From Azolla caroliniana (taxonomy: Eukaryota > Plantae > Polypodiophyta): a DNA stretch of 64,000 nucleotides. Position numbers and translations under genes: made by a program. The DNA is taken from contig JBHGNT010000015.1 of assembly GCA_043228905.1 (NCBI GenBank), forward strand, positions 7,316,001-7,380,000. Reading direction: 5' to 3'. This document shows, piece by piece, positions 1 to 11,525 of this stretch. Position 1 is the first letter of the stretch; every line of letters starts with the position of its first letter. The notes below the pieces were generated by a model. That model did not search any database. It saw only the letters and a program-made list of their open reading frames with translations, and was not told where the DNA came from.

Positions 1-235
1 TTGTACCGGGCCTGCACCATCCGACTCTCCATAGCCAGGTACTCCTCATCCGGTTTATACCGGGCCTGCACCATCCGGCTCTCCATAGCTGGGTACTCCT
101 CATCCGGTTTATACCGGGCCTGCACCATCCGGCTCTCCGTAGCCGGGTACTCCTCATACCGTTTCGGCCTCGGCCGAGTTTGTTCGTCGGCACTGTTCTT
201 CTCCCTTCCCATCCGGAGGGACCTGCCTCCCAACA
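1..235 (-). mobile_element. Partial LTR of Tork/Tnt1-like Copia family A (A0), running off the window start
   Basis: About three 54-bp repeat units, then ...GGAGGGACCTGCCTCCCAACA, the same terminus as the LTRs ending at 15243, 20094 and 37863. No PPT follows, so this is a 5' or solo LTR. It is inserted into Gypsy G4. Confidence 0.9.
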
Positions 236-2850
236 AGAGGATGGGCACGACTATTAAAAGGAGTTTATGCATGCACAAACTTTAAGATCAAGAACACGCG
301 GCACCAAGATGACACACAGGACAACAAACCCTAGAACACAAAACGAGAAAAACAAACGGTTTTCTGCACATTATAGAAAACAGTCTTCACCCTTCATCTC
401 TCTTCGCTCTTCTCGCTCACCCACCATAGCTTGCAAGCTTCACCCAGTTCTCACGAGCCCCATCCAACCACGATGCCTATCACTATCTTTGCAGCTTTAC
501 ACAGATGGCTCTTGCAAAAGGGTTTTGAGGGTTATCAACGTCGCTGAGGCACCAACACATCCAGACGCTCTCGAAATTGCCAAAAAGCTCAACGTGGATA
601 GTATGACAAACGCCACCATTCGGAAGAAATTAGACATTCCCCCTCCTGAAACCCTAGGGAGTATTCCATATCCACCAAGGCATACAGAACGAAAGACATC
701 TTGAACCCATTCTTTCGGGAAATAGCCAAGTTTTTACTTGAGGTCAGTTGCGTGCACGTTACCGCATAGGGGATGCCAAAACAGAAGGCAAGTATCATCA
801 TTAATACCTTCGAGGGGCGCACAGTAGATTGGGGCGTAATTACGGGACCAATGCTACGAGAGGGCTTGCACGCATACCAGGCCGGAAAAAAGCTAAGGCC
901 AATTATACAACAGTACCTTACGATACTATTTCCACCTCGAGGTCTGTCCGCACCACAGTCTAGTAAACCTACGCTGCCGCCACGATCCGCAAAACGGCGA
1001 TTGGCAGAACTGGCAAACACAGAATGGGAGGAACCACAACCTTCCCATCCCATAATGCAAACAACGCAGCTGGAACAACCAGCAAGGGTAGAAGAAGCCA
1101 CGAATGAGCAACAAACGGAACAACACCAAGAAAGTCTGAGGCCAAATGGATGTACATTGGACCGAAAGGATGGTTGCAAACTGATCAAAGACACAACCGG
1201 CCCGGTCGACACTTCCGCCCCTACGGAGCCCGTAACTACATTAGAGATCATCCGGGAACTACGGCCGATCATTACGGCTCAGTCACAACGTGGAAAAGGA
1301 GTGCTCACGGCAGAAAGCGAGGTTTTGAAGAACTTACAAACCCATTGAATTTTTAGCGACGCAACAAATGAAGGTATCCCAGAGAATGGCGGAGGAAAGG
1401 AACAACAAATGATTGAGCATGCGCTCACATGAACAGCAGAAAGTTAAGATGACGCGCCCCTCGCCAAGGTGGGCAGGCAACGGAACGCGGGGATTCGTCA
1501 TATGGGCATTGAATTACCCCATTGAATACGGCCCTCGTCGAAACGCATAGGGAATTGCTCAAGTTAGTATGGGCGCCAAGGACATGGCGATCAAAAATAA
1601 AAATGTCTAGAAAACAGTCAAGCAGACCCAAGCCTAACTACAGAAGGCTGAAGAGCGCATCGCGGAGTTAGAACGCAACACGACTACGATGAAATTAAAA
1701 ATGGCGTTGGACAAAGGTTGGATGGCGTGGGCAACGCAAGCAGTGGAATTGCATACCTACCGGGCGGATTGGGAGAACCGACGAAAAGAAGGTGGAGGCT
1801 TCTACAAGCTCAATGAAGAAAGCATCGCAACATTACCAAAGGACCTCACACAAGATTATGGCACGCTAGCAGACCAGCACTCCGAGGAACTCGCGCAGCT
1901 GTTGGAAGATGTCGAGGAAAGTCAGGAAGATATTTTTCACCGAATAATGGAGATCAACAACACACAGCAAGGGGTGGAGCCAATTGCGATACCGGATAGA
2001 GATTCTGCCAAACAAGATGAACCTCCTCCTAATTCGAATGAACCACCGGAGGTGACCACGACACCTATCAACGGTACGAAAGATACGGATAAGGAAGGAC
2101 CCCGTACACAGACAGAAGAACCAACACCCGAACCAACGAGGAATGAGCCGAACTGCGAACCAAGTGAGCCGTTCTTGATCACACAGAGAGAAGACGACAA
2201 CACGGGGACTCGCACATCTACAGAGCACGGCGAAGAAGCAAATGTGGAGTTACATAAACTGGTCGAGAAAAATAACGAAGCACTTACGGATGTCATGCTA
2301 TCTCCAGATCAAGGTTTACAGACGGACCCAAATATCCTGGACATTTTGAATGATGAATAGAGGGATGGGTCCGACGAGCCATGGCTCTGTCCCACAAGCG
2401 TGCCAAGTGTCGTCTGCCGCAATTATAACCGCCGGACATGGCACGTGAGATATAAAAATATAAACTATATTAGAAGCGTTAGGAAATGTGTGTAACGGTT
2501 CACACGAGGAGCGTGACCGACGAAAAGCCATGTGTATATAAAGGGCAGAACTCCTCTATAAGAGGGTGCGTGTAATTTTTGGGAGTGAAGCTTTTCTAAT
2601 AGAATCTTATCTTCTCTGATCTCCTTGTCTGTCTGTGTAAGTAGTCTACTATCTTGGCGCTGCATTCTGATTCATAACTGTGGGTTGTAAGCGTAGTGAA
2701 AGTGCATTCTCCCCTTCACACCCAGACGATACGACTTGTGTAGTATCCTGTTACGACTCACGCGCAACACGGACCTGTTCCTTGTAAATACAATCACCTT
2801 GAAGTCTACCTCGAAGGACTGAGCATAGATAGTGTTCCTAATCGGTAACA
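236..2850 (+). mobile_element. 3' part of Athila-like Gypsy element G4 (extra ORF plus 3' LTR 2408-2850)
   Basis: LTR runs TGTCGTCTGCC...TGTTCCTAATCGGTAACA; its end is homologous to the reverse complement of the LTR ends at 29704 and 31873. The upstream ORF remnants are homologous to the C-terminus of ORF 39744-43463. Confidence 0.85.
773..2360 (+). pseudogene. Disrupted 3' extra ORF of Gypsy family G (coiled-coil/acidic protein of unknown function)
   Basis: ORF pieces 773-1348 and 1689-2360. Motif W..WA.QA.EL..YR.DWENR.K.G..FYKL.EESIATL and terminal NILDILNDE* are shared with 29957-31327(-) and 42423-43463(+). Confidence 0.75.
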
Positions 2851-3035
2851 CTGCGCGAAATAAAGCTTGTGTGCCAACACCTTCTCCCTGATCCGGTTTT
2901 GGATGTAGATGGTGTCGTGAAGTGGTGTGTCTATTGGGAGAAAAAGTTAAAGAGTGTGGTTCCATGCTGTTGAGCGGCAAGCTCGACTAGATCCGGATCG
3001 GCATCCGGAAGGATGAAGCCGGATCGGCCAGCTGG

Positions 3036-3839
3036 TGTCGTGAAGAATTTCATCCAGAGACGGAAACCGGGAAACATTGGCTACATTGGCGGGGTGCAGC
3101 ATGTGTGCTCACCCTTGTACATTTAGTGTGAATAACGAGGGCGCCTTTATGACGCCGAAGAATAGTCAAGTCGAGACAGACGATCCCATGTAAGTTGGGA
3201 TTTATCCCACATTGTAACGCATCACTCTCCTTGTTCTATAAAAGGAAGGGAGCGCCCTTTGTGAAAGGGTTGCCCATTTTGCGTTAGAGGGTATACCGTT
3301 AGATTTAGGGTTAGTTACATTTCTTTTTCTTCTTCTTCTTCTTCTTCTTCTTCTTCTCCCCCCCCCCCCCCCCTTCGTGTTCGCTTAGGGTTTGCTTCAG
3401 CTCGTCTCCTGCGCAAGACCCCGCTCGGCGCGACAAGCCTGTGAGCTCCCCGACCGACAGCTTGGTAGCTGATGACTACTGTAACCTACCTTGGTCTGGC
3501 TCGAAGCTGGGAATGTATTCTTCCTTTTATATATATACATTTGCGTCTGTCTGTGTATATTCGCATCTCTGTTGGTGTCGGGTGCTTCCCCTTTCCTGCG
3601 TTTCCTGTACATAAGGCCGTGAGTCGGGTCGTCCTATGTGTGTGTGTGTGTGCGTGTGTGTGCGTGAGTCGGTGTTAAGCGCGCTCTCCCTCTCTTTCTC
3701 TCTCTCCCTTCGGTTGCTCCCGGTGTGCTTCTGGGATGCCCCGGAAACGGTGAAGTATGACTTCCTACGCTCTGTCACTCCCTAGTCCAAGACCCCCGTG
3801 GTCCCGCCTTTCTCCACGCACGCGCGTAACAATGCGACA
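3036..3839 (+). mobile_element. Solo LTR-like insertion S1 (family S termini) inside the B1 5' LTR
   Basis: TGTCGTGAAG...CGACA termini, 4-bp TSD CTGG/CCGG, absent from the B1 3' LTR. Contains (TTC)n, a C-run and (TG)n tracts. Confidence 0.8.
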
Positions 3840-5344
3840 CCGGTGAGCTGGGGAGCCGGTTAGCTGGATCAAACAGTAACCGAAAGCCTAGTAGTAGCCT
3901 AGACTACTAGGTACTTAATAGTCTTGTAGTTAGTGTCAGACGCTCGAGTGAGCATTGAAGCACGCGGTACTTCTGTCAGTCCTCTTAAGGACTTGTATAA
4001 ATAGTGTTGTTGAGCACATTTTATGTATAGAGAACTATTATTGTTTTGTAATAGATTTTTAATGTTTTGCTCTCTCTCTGTGTCTCTCCCGCTTACTGTG
4101 TATATTCTATGCTCTCCATTAAACCCGCGTTTCTGTGTTTGGTTTTCTATTGCTTCTGCACGCTATTCTTTTACATGGTAAAGAGCGTGAGGGTTGAGAA
4201 CCTCTACAGCAGACATTGCTTGAAAAGAAAACCAACCAAGAAGGTCAGGTAAAAACCGATGGATGGAGGCATGGCTAGCTCACTTCCGACGGAGAACCTA
4301 GTGTTAGTCGGTCAGATCGTTGACCGGGGGATGCAGGTGCGGTTTACGCACCTTGGGTGCTTCATCGAGGAAGAGGGCCAGATTATTGCGCAAGAGCGCA
4401 GAGACGAGAGGATGTTCATCCTCGACACCAATGACGTCAGCACCGCTTTGTTCGCCAAAGGACAGAAGATTGAATTGGATATCGATCTCTGGCATAAGAG
4501 GATTGGCCACGTCAATTACCGGAGGCTTCAAGACCTGCAAACGAAACAAGTTGTTTTCGGTTTGCCAAAGTTCAATGGCCGGAAGGCCCAAGTATGTGAA
4601 GCCTGCCAACTCGGGAAGCAACACCGGCTTCCATTCCCCACCGAACGAAACCGTAGCCGTAACAAGCTCAACCTTATTCATTCGAATGTATAGGGACCGA
4701 CACAGAACGTGAATCTTGGCGGGAGTCGATATTTCGTCTCCTTCATCGACGACTATAGTCGGCACACATGGATCTACCTCATTGAGTGGAAGAGCGAAGT
4801 CTTCGACTGTTTCCGGAACCTTCAAAGAATGGTGGAACGGGAATCGGAGAGGAAGATCAAGTGCCTGCGGTCAGATGGTGGAAAAGAATACTTTTCCAGC
4901 CAATTCAACAGTTATCTATAGCAAAAAGGAATTCGGAGAGAGTTCAGCTGCAAATACATACCTGAGCAAAACGGTGTGGCCAAAAGGAAGAGTCGGTCGA
5001 TTGTCGACGCGGCAAGGGCAATGCTAGAGGAGAAGAGCATGCCCCATTTCTACTGGGACGAGGCAGTCTGAACGGTCGTCTATATCTAAAACCGGATCGG
5101 TGACAAGGTGTCTGCCCATGAGCTGTATTTCAAATGCAAGCCGAATTTGAGACACCTTCGGATATTCGGTAGCATTGCATATGTGCATGTGCCGGATGAG
5201 AAGCGGAGGAAGTTGGATGCAAAGTCAGAGAAATGCATCCTGGTCAGCTACTCGCATGAGCAAAAGGGGTATAAGTGTTATAACCCCCAAACGAAGCAGG
5301 TTCAAGTTAGCTGGGATGTTGAGTTTGATGAGACGGCATCATGG

Positions 5345-6082
5345 TGTCATGAAGGATTTGCTTCACGATATAAAAATAAATTTAAATATTGAATTCAATA
5401 ATATTTCAAACACTTGAACCTACAACCTTATAAGCCAAGCACAATGTATATACCACTAGGGTAGGCTATTTGTTTTTAGAAATGTTGTCCAGAATGTGCT
5501 TCACTATATAAGAATAAACTTAAATATTGTATTAAGTAAAATTGAGGGACTTGAACCCTCAACCTTGTATATCAAGCACAAAACATACACCACTAAGCTA
5601 GGTTATTTGTTTTAGGTTATATCCATCATTATCCTTATCCCAATACATAGGAGCTTAAATGAGCATGATGGCTATCATGCATCACATGCAATGCATGTGC
5701 GCCAAATGGCGATCATGCATCAGATGTAACTCATGCATTACATGCATGCCATTACCATATGCATGGAAATACTTATAAAAAGAGGGGATAGGAAAACAAA
5801 AGGGGAGCAATCAAGAGAAAGTGGGAGAAAAAGGAATCTATGCAAGTGTTAAAGATATCTTATTCGGTGAAGAGCCTCACGTTTCAAAGTGGAAGTCGTG
5901 GGTTCAAATCAAGGGTCGGTATTGAAAAGATTCATCTTACGATCAAGGATTGTAAAGTTGGTAAAATATTATATTTTTAATATACATCATGTTTATATCA
6001 TATACTCTTGTTTCTAGAATCATACTTTGTCTGAATCTTCTTTCTTGAATCATACATTGTCTCTATCTTTTATCTATGCTCG

Positions 6083-6137
<55 letters not shown>

Positions 6138-6271
6138 TTACTCGTAACTCTTCGTCTTACTATCCTTAACCATTCTATCATCACCATACAAGCCTTATAA
6201 GATAAGTTTCTTCAACTCCCCTTAACCTTAGTCCCCGCGACTTCGCCGCATGAACCACAACTACCCCGACA
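5345..6271 (+). mobile_element. Solo LTR S2 (family S) inserted in the B1 integrase
   Basis: TGTCATGAAGGATTTGC...CCCCGACA; perfect 4-bp TSD ATGG; homologous to 33909-34676. Confidence 0.9.
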
Positions 6272-7781
6272 ATGGTATGTCATACCAGCTCCGACTTCCG
6301 ACCCCGACCCGATACCGGAGGATGAGGCTAGTGAGCCTGAACCGGTCCGATAGAAGATGAAGATCTCGGCACTCTAGAAGAGAGTTCGATCTCATTTCGG
6401 TTAAGTGGATCTTCGAGAATGAAGTCCAAACCGGCCAAGAAGGGCCTGAAACCATGTAACAATAAGATACGCCGGTCTTCCCGCTAGAAGAACCCCATGA
6501 AGTGGTATGGGTACAATGAGTACATGGCGCATCATTATGCATACATGACCAAGGTGGCGGAAGTGCGTGAGCCGGAGAGCTACGTAGAAGCGGCAAGGGA
6601 CGCAAATTGGCGTGCCGCTATGAAGGAAGAAATGCGGGCACTCGATGCCAACGACACATGGGACCTAGTTGATCCTCCCCGACACTGTAAACCGATCAGA
6701 TGTAAGTGGGTGTACAAGGTAAAGTACAATGCCGACAGTTCGGTTAACCGGTACAAGGCCCGGTTAGTGGCGAAGGGATACGCGCAGACCCACAGTATCT
6801 ATTACGACGAGACCTTCGCTCCGGTAGCGAAGATGACGATGGTTCGTGTGGTGCTAGCAGTTGTTGCAGCAAGGGGGTGGCATCTTCACCAGATGGACGT
6901 GAAGAATGCATTTCTTCAAGGCGATCTTGAAGAAGAGGTCTTTATGACCCAACCCCCTAGCTTCCAGTCGAAGATGAACAAGTCGGTTGTATGACGGCTG
7001 AAGAAGTCACTTTATGGCCTGAAGCAAGCCCCCCGAGCTTGGAATACGAAGATCACACACCGGTTGCGTAAGATGGGGTTTGCGGCCTTCAAGTCCGAAT
7101 CTTCGTTGTTCATCCGGCAAGGTCAAGATGGTCCAGTCTGCCTCTTGTTGTATGTTGATGATCTAGTCATCACCGGACCTGGACTCGATGAAATTGGCCG
7201 AGTCAAGTCCCAATTGTCGGATCCATTTGAGATGAAGGACCTGGGGGACCTTCACTATTTTCTTGGGACCAAGGTGATCCAAACCCCCGACGGAATATTG
7301 CTCTCACAGAGACACTATGTGTTGAATATGTTGTACAAGTTCGGCATGACGGAATGCCGACTTATCTTTACACCCTTGGACCGGAACCAGAAGCCCCGTC
7401 CCGACTCCGACCCGACCTGTGATGAGAAACAATTCTGACAAATCATCGAAAGCCTTATATATTTGACAATCACCCGACCCGACATCAGTTATCCGGTCAG
7501 CGTGATTAGCCAATTTATGCAAAAGCCGACCGTGGAGCACCTTCTATGTGCGCATTGAATTTTGCGATATATGCGCGGCACGAAGGAACAGGGCCTGTTA
7601 TACCGGCATGGTATAACCGAAGAGCTAGTCGGCTACACCGATGCTGATTGGGCCGGCGATGCATCGGATTGCCGATCCACCTCCGGCTATATGTTTTCCC
7701 TTGGTAGCGCGGTTGTTGTGTGGAGCAGCAAAAAGCAGCTAACAGTGGCCCTTTCGAGCACTGAGGCTGAATACCGGGGCG

Positions 7782-9523
7782 TGTTACCGGCTGGCAAGAA
7801 GGCTTAAGGAGGTCCAAACCAGAGTGTGAAAGGAATAGTTTATTTGGGAACTATTGTAATTAGTAGTCTTAAAATATATAGTAATATATGAGAAGATGTG
7901 GACGGACAGACCGGAATCGGTATGCCGATCCGGATCCGGAACGATCCCGAAAAGGTGCCGGTTTGCACCGTTTTGTATTTCGCACCGGAGACCTATATAA
8001 ATGCCCGGTTACAATGTAATCGAGAGCGGATAATTAATAGAACTTATTGCCTTAATCTTTTCAGTATTGATTACCGTTCTGTGCTCATTGTTATATCTTA
8101 CGCATGTTAATGAATGTGTTGCTAAGTAACCGATTAATGTCTAATTAAGCGTTGTGCCGTAAGTCATCTTGCCGTAACACCCTTTGGTGAAGTGTCTTAA
8201 GTGGACACCCTGGGTTAGGATGTTGTCTGGCCCTAGGATTAACACAGTTTTTGGCAACCACGATTCCTGCACAATCGCAGTGAACAATGGTCGGAATGGA
8301 TGACTAGGCCAACAGACGACCCGGCTACGGAGAGAGCACGAAGACTTGCTGAACGGCGAAGGCGGCGAGAGGCTTTCCAGCAAGCAGCAGAAGAAATCCG
8401 ATCGGATCGATCATTTTCCAAAGTGATCCGAAAAGTGGCGGAGGAGTCGCTCCGTCTGCAACAAAATGCTTACCCAAACGAAGGAAGCAGCTTAAGCAGT
8501 CTCCAGGAAGCAGAATCCCTTCTCTAGGCCTTGGCCGGAAGAGACAGTGAATCCGAAGCATTTTCAGCGCTGGAATCGGATTCGGAAGGGGGTTACACCG
8601 CGCACACGAACTATTGCAGCAGTAATGACACACCAGGAGGACCGGAGGACGCGGAGTCGGATACAGTACCGACACCGGAACCAGAGTTGGCAGACGGGAA
8701 CCTCCGGCACTAGACATGGAGCAACCTCCGGAGACTGAAGAAGACAAAGAAAGATCTCTGACACGGGAAGTCGAGCCGGCAACACCAAGGGAAGACCGGC
8801 AAAGAACTCTGACGCTGACGGAACAGAAGGAAGGACCAGACGGGGACCAGGCCGGGGTCAGTCAGCCAGAGACAACTCCGACGGAGGAACCAACGAAGGA
8901 AACGCCAGTGCTAGAGCGACAAACAGAGCCGCAGCCCCAAACGGAGAAGGCACAAACGGAGCAGCCACAGCCACACAGAGAACAGTAGCCACAGCAGCAA
9001 CAACAACAGATTCCCGACGAGCCACTGGAAATTCTGGAGCAAAGAATTCTGGACATTTTGGACGAAGCGTAAAAGGGCCGGATAATGGGTTCGACTTACA
9101 AGGTACTATCCCACGGGCATGCCATGTGTTACCGGCTGGCAAGAAGGCTTAAGGAGGTCCAAACCAGAGTGTGAAAGGAATACTTTATTCGGGAACTATT
9201 GTAATTAGTAGTCTTAAAATATATAGTAATATATGAGAAGATGTGGACGGACGGACCGGAATCGGTATGCCGATCCGGATCCGGACCGATCCCGAAAAGG
9301 TGCCGGTTGGCACCGTTTTGTATTTCGCATGGGAGACTTATATAAAGGCCCAGTTACAATGTAATCGAGAGCGGATAATTAATAGAACTTATTGCCTTAA
9401 TCTTTTCAGTATTGATTACCGTTCTGTACTCATTGTTATATCTTACGTGTGTTAATGATGTGTTGCTAAGTAACCGATTAAGGTCTAATTAAGCGTTGTG
9501 TCGTAAGTCATCTTGTCGTAACA
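7782..9523 (+). mobile_element. Miniature non-autonomous Gypsy G3 (1.74 kb) inserted in the B1 RNase H
   Basis: Perfect TSD GGGCG. LTRs 7782-8179 and 9127-9523 (TGTTAC...GTAACA). PBS TGGCAACCACG at 8252. The internal part is the gag N-terminus joined to the extra-ORF tail ending ILDILDEA*. Confidence 0.95.
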
Positions 9524-11486
9524 GGGCGCTACCATTGCCACCTGTGAAGCCATTTGTCTTCGACGACTGCTGCAAGAACTACAGATCGAGGTGTCGACCC
9601 CGATCCTACTCTACTGCGATAACATAAGCAACATGCAACTCACCAAGAACCCTGTATTCCATACTCGCACAAAGAACATAGAACTACACTACCACTTCGT
9701 GCGTGAGCGTGTTCTGAGCGGTGAAGTCGAACTTCGGTATGTTCATACGGATAGGAAAGTTGCCGACATCTTCACCAAACCGCTTGGATCGGACAAGTTG
9801 CAGCACTTCACCAAAGTGCTTGGTGTTCAGAATCTCGACATGCCACACTTGAGGGGGAGAACGGGCAAAGACACCAGAATGGGCAAAGGCAAAGAAACTG
9901 CCGATTGCGTCGGTGAGGGAAGAACCGGCAGAGGGAGAGACAAGAAGAAGAAAGGAGCCGAGTCGACAAAGTTGACACATCCAAACAAGTCGAAACAAGC
10001 AGCAGCGGCGGTAGAGTCAAGAAGGATAGAGCTGACCGGAAGAAGAAGAAGGCCGACACCCGGACATGGTCTGATGTGGGGAAGGTCCTAGAACCAGAAG
10101 AAGAATCGGGTGCGACCGATTCGGACAAGAGCTGGAACGAATCGGAGACACTCGATTCAGTTCAACAGACGGATTCAGAAGAACCGGATCATTTCAAGGC
10201 CAAGAGGACGAGAAGGCAACAAAAGTCGATGCAAACACGAAGGAATAGGTGAATCAGCAAGCCCCGAAATCACATTAGTGAGGGAGTTGAATTGGGCCTG
10301 TTGAGCAAACAAGCCGACCGAGGAGGTCGAGGTGCGCAATATCAGAAGGGTCGCGGCAAACGGAACCAGACTAGACGTGGAGCGCGAGCAAGGTGGAGTG
10401 ACGCCAGAAGGAACCAGGTGGTAGGACCGGCTGTCATGGAAACTGACACTACAATCCAACCTCAAGTTGAGCTTGAGGGGGAGTGTTGAGCGGCAAGCTG
10501 AACCGGATCCGGATCGGCTGAATAAGCTTGAGACGGATCGGACGGATCGGCGAGCCGGTGAGCAAGTGAACCGGTGAGCTGGGGAACCGGTTAGCTGGAT
10601 CAAACAATAACCGGAAGCCTAGTAGTAGCCTAGACTACTAGGTACTTAATAGTCTCGTAGTTAGTGTCAAATGCTCAAGTGAGCATTGAAGCACGCGGTA
10701 CTTCTGTCAGTCCTCTTAAGGACTTGTATAAGTAGTGTTGTTGAGCACGTTTTATGTACAGAGTACTATTATTGTTTTGTAATAGATTTTGAATGTTTTG
10801 CTCTCTCTGTGTGTCTCTCCCATGTACTGTGTATATTCTAAGCTCTCCATTAAACTTGTGTTTCTGTGTTTGGTTTTCTATTGCTTCCGCACGCTATTCT
10901 TTTACACATGCCCATTTCATAAACATTAAGGTCTAGTAACATTTGAGTGTATACAAAGGTTGCAAACAAGGTTTGAACCTTGCACCTCTAAGATAGAAAA
11001 CAATTGACTTACCACTAGAACTACTATTGAGTGCTTTAAATTTTGCATATTTCCTTATCATATTCGGAATTCCATACGAAACAACCGTACAAAACAATGT
11101 GCCCAAAGCCATGGTTTTCAACCCATGTTTTTGTGCATGTCACAAGCAAAACCATGTGCACATAAACCATGGCCCCAAGCCCATGGTTTTGCACATGAAG
11201 AGAGCTATAAAAACCCTAGTAGGGCTTGTGTAAAGGGGGGGTTAATTTGGAGATCATCATCATCATCAATAATATAATATCCTTCTTATCATCTATCTTC
11301 TTCTAATTTATCTTCTTCTCGAGTATAAAAACCTTTCTTCTTTTCAAATGTGACATTGGTTTCCTCTACTTGTACATACACATTGTCATCTTTTCGAGAA
11401 GTTTTCGAACGTCCTCCCTGGTCCGTGGCCCCGGTAGTCCCGCTCACACGAAGCACGCACGCATGCGCATCTTCGCGACATTTTTC

Positions 11487-11504
11487 TGGTGAACCCAATG
11501 TGAA
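11487..11504 (+). promoter_or_regulatory. Primer-binding site complementary to tRNA-Trp (element S5)
   Basis: TGGTGAACCCAATGTGAA, 6 nt after the LTR end. It matches the recalled plant tRNA-Trp complement TGGTGAACCCGACGTGAA except for two CpG-type changes. Confidence 0.75.
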
Positions 11505-11525
11505 GAGCGGTAGGGGAGGATGAAG

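Larger units (their letters stand above)
4259..10489 (+). pseudogene. Copia polyprotein remnants of B1 (GAG-pre-integrase, INT, RT, RNase H, C-terminal extension)
   Basis: [81 protein letters not shown]. Many stops; interrupted by S2 and G3. Confidence 0.92.
2968..10906 (+). mobile_element. Copia family B element B1 (gag deleted, pol degenerate), inserted in the 5' LTR of S5
   Basis: Perfect TSD CATGC (2963-2967 / 10907-10911). LTRs 2968-4175 (interrupted by S1) and 10484-10906. PBS TGGTAAAGAGC at 4176; PPT GAGGGGGAG 10475-10483. Confidence 0.95.

Noticed and set aside
3325-3373. Microsatellites and C-run (also CT/CA/GA tracts near 6083, 13395 and 56217)
   Set aside because: Ordinary LTR simple repeats.
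5546-5606. Functional tRNA genes
   Set aside because: A and B boxes are present, but I could not fold a full cloverleaf with acceptor stem and anticodon. Reported as tRNA-like modules instead.
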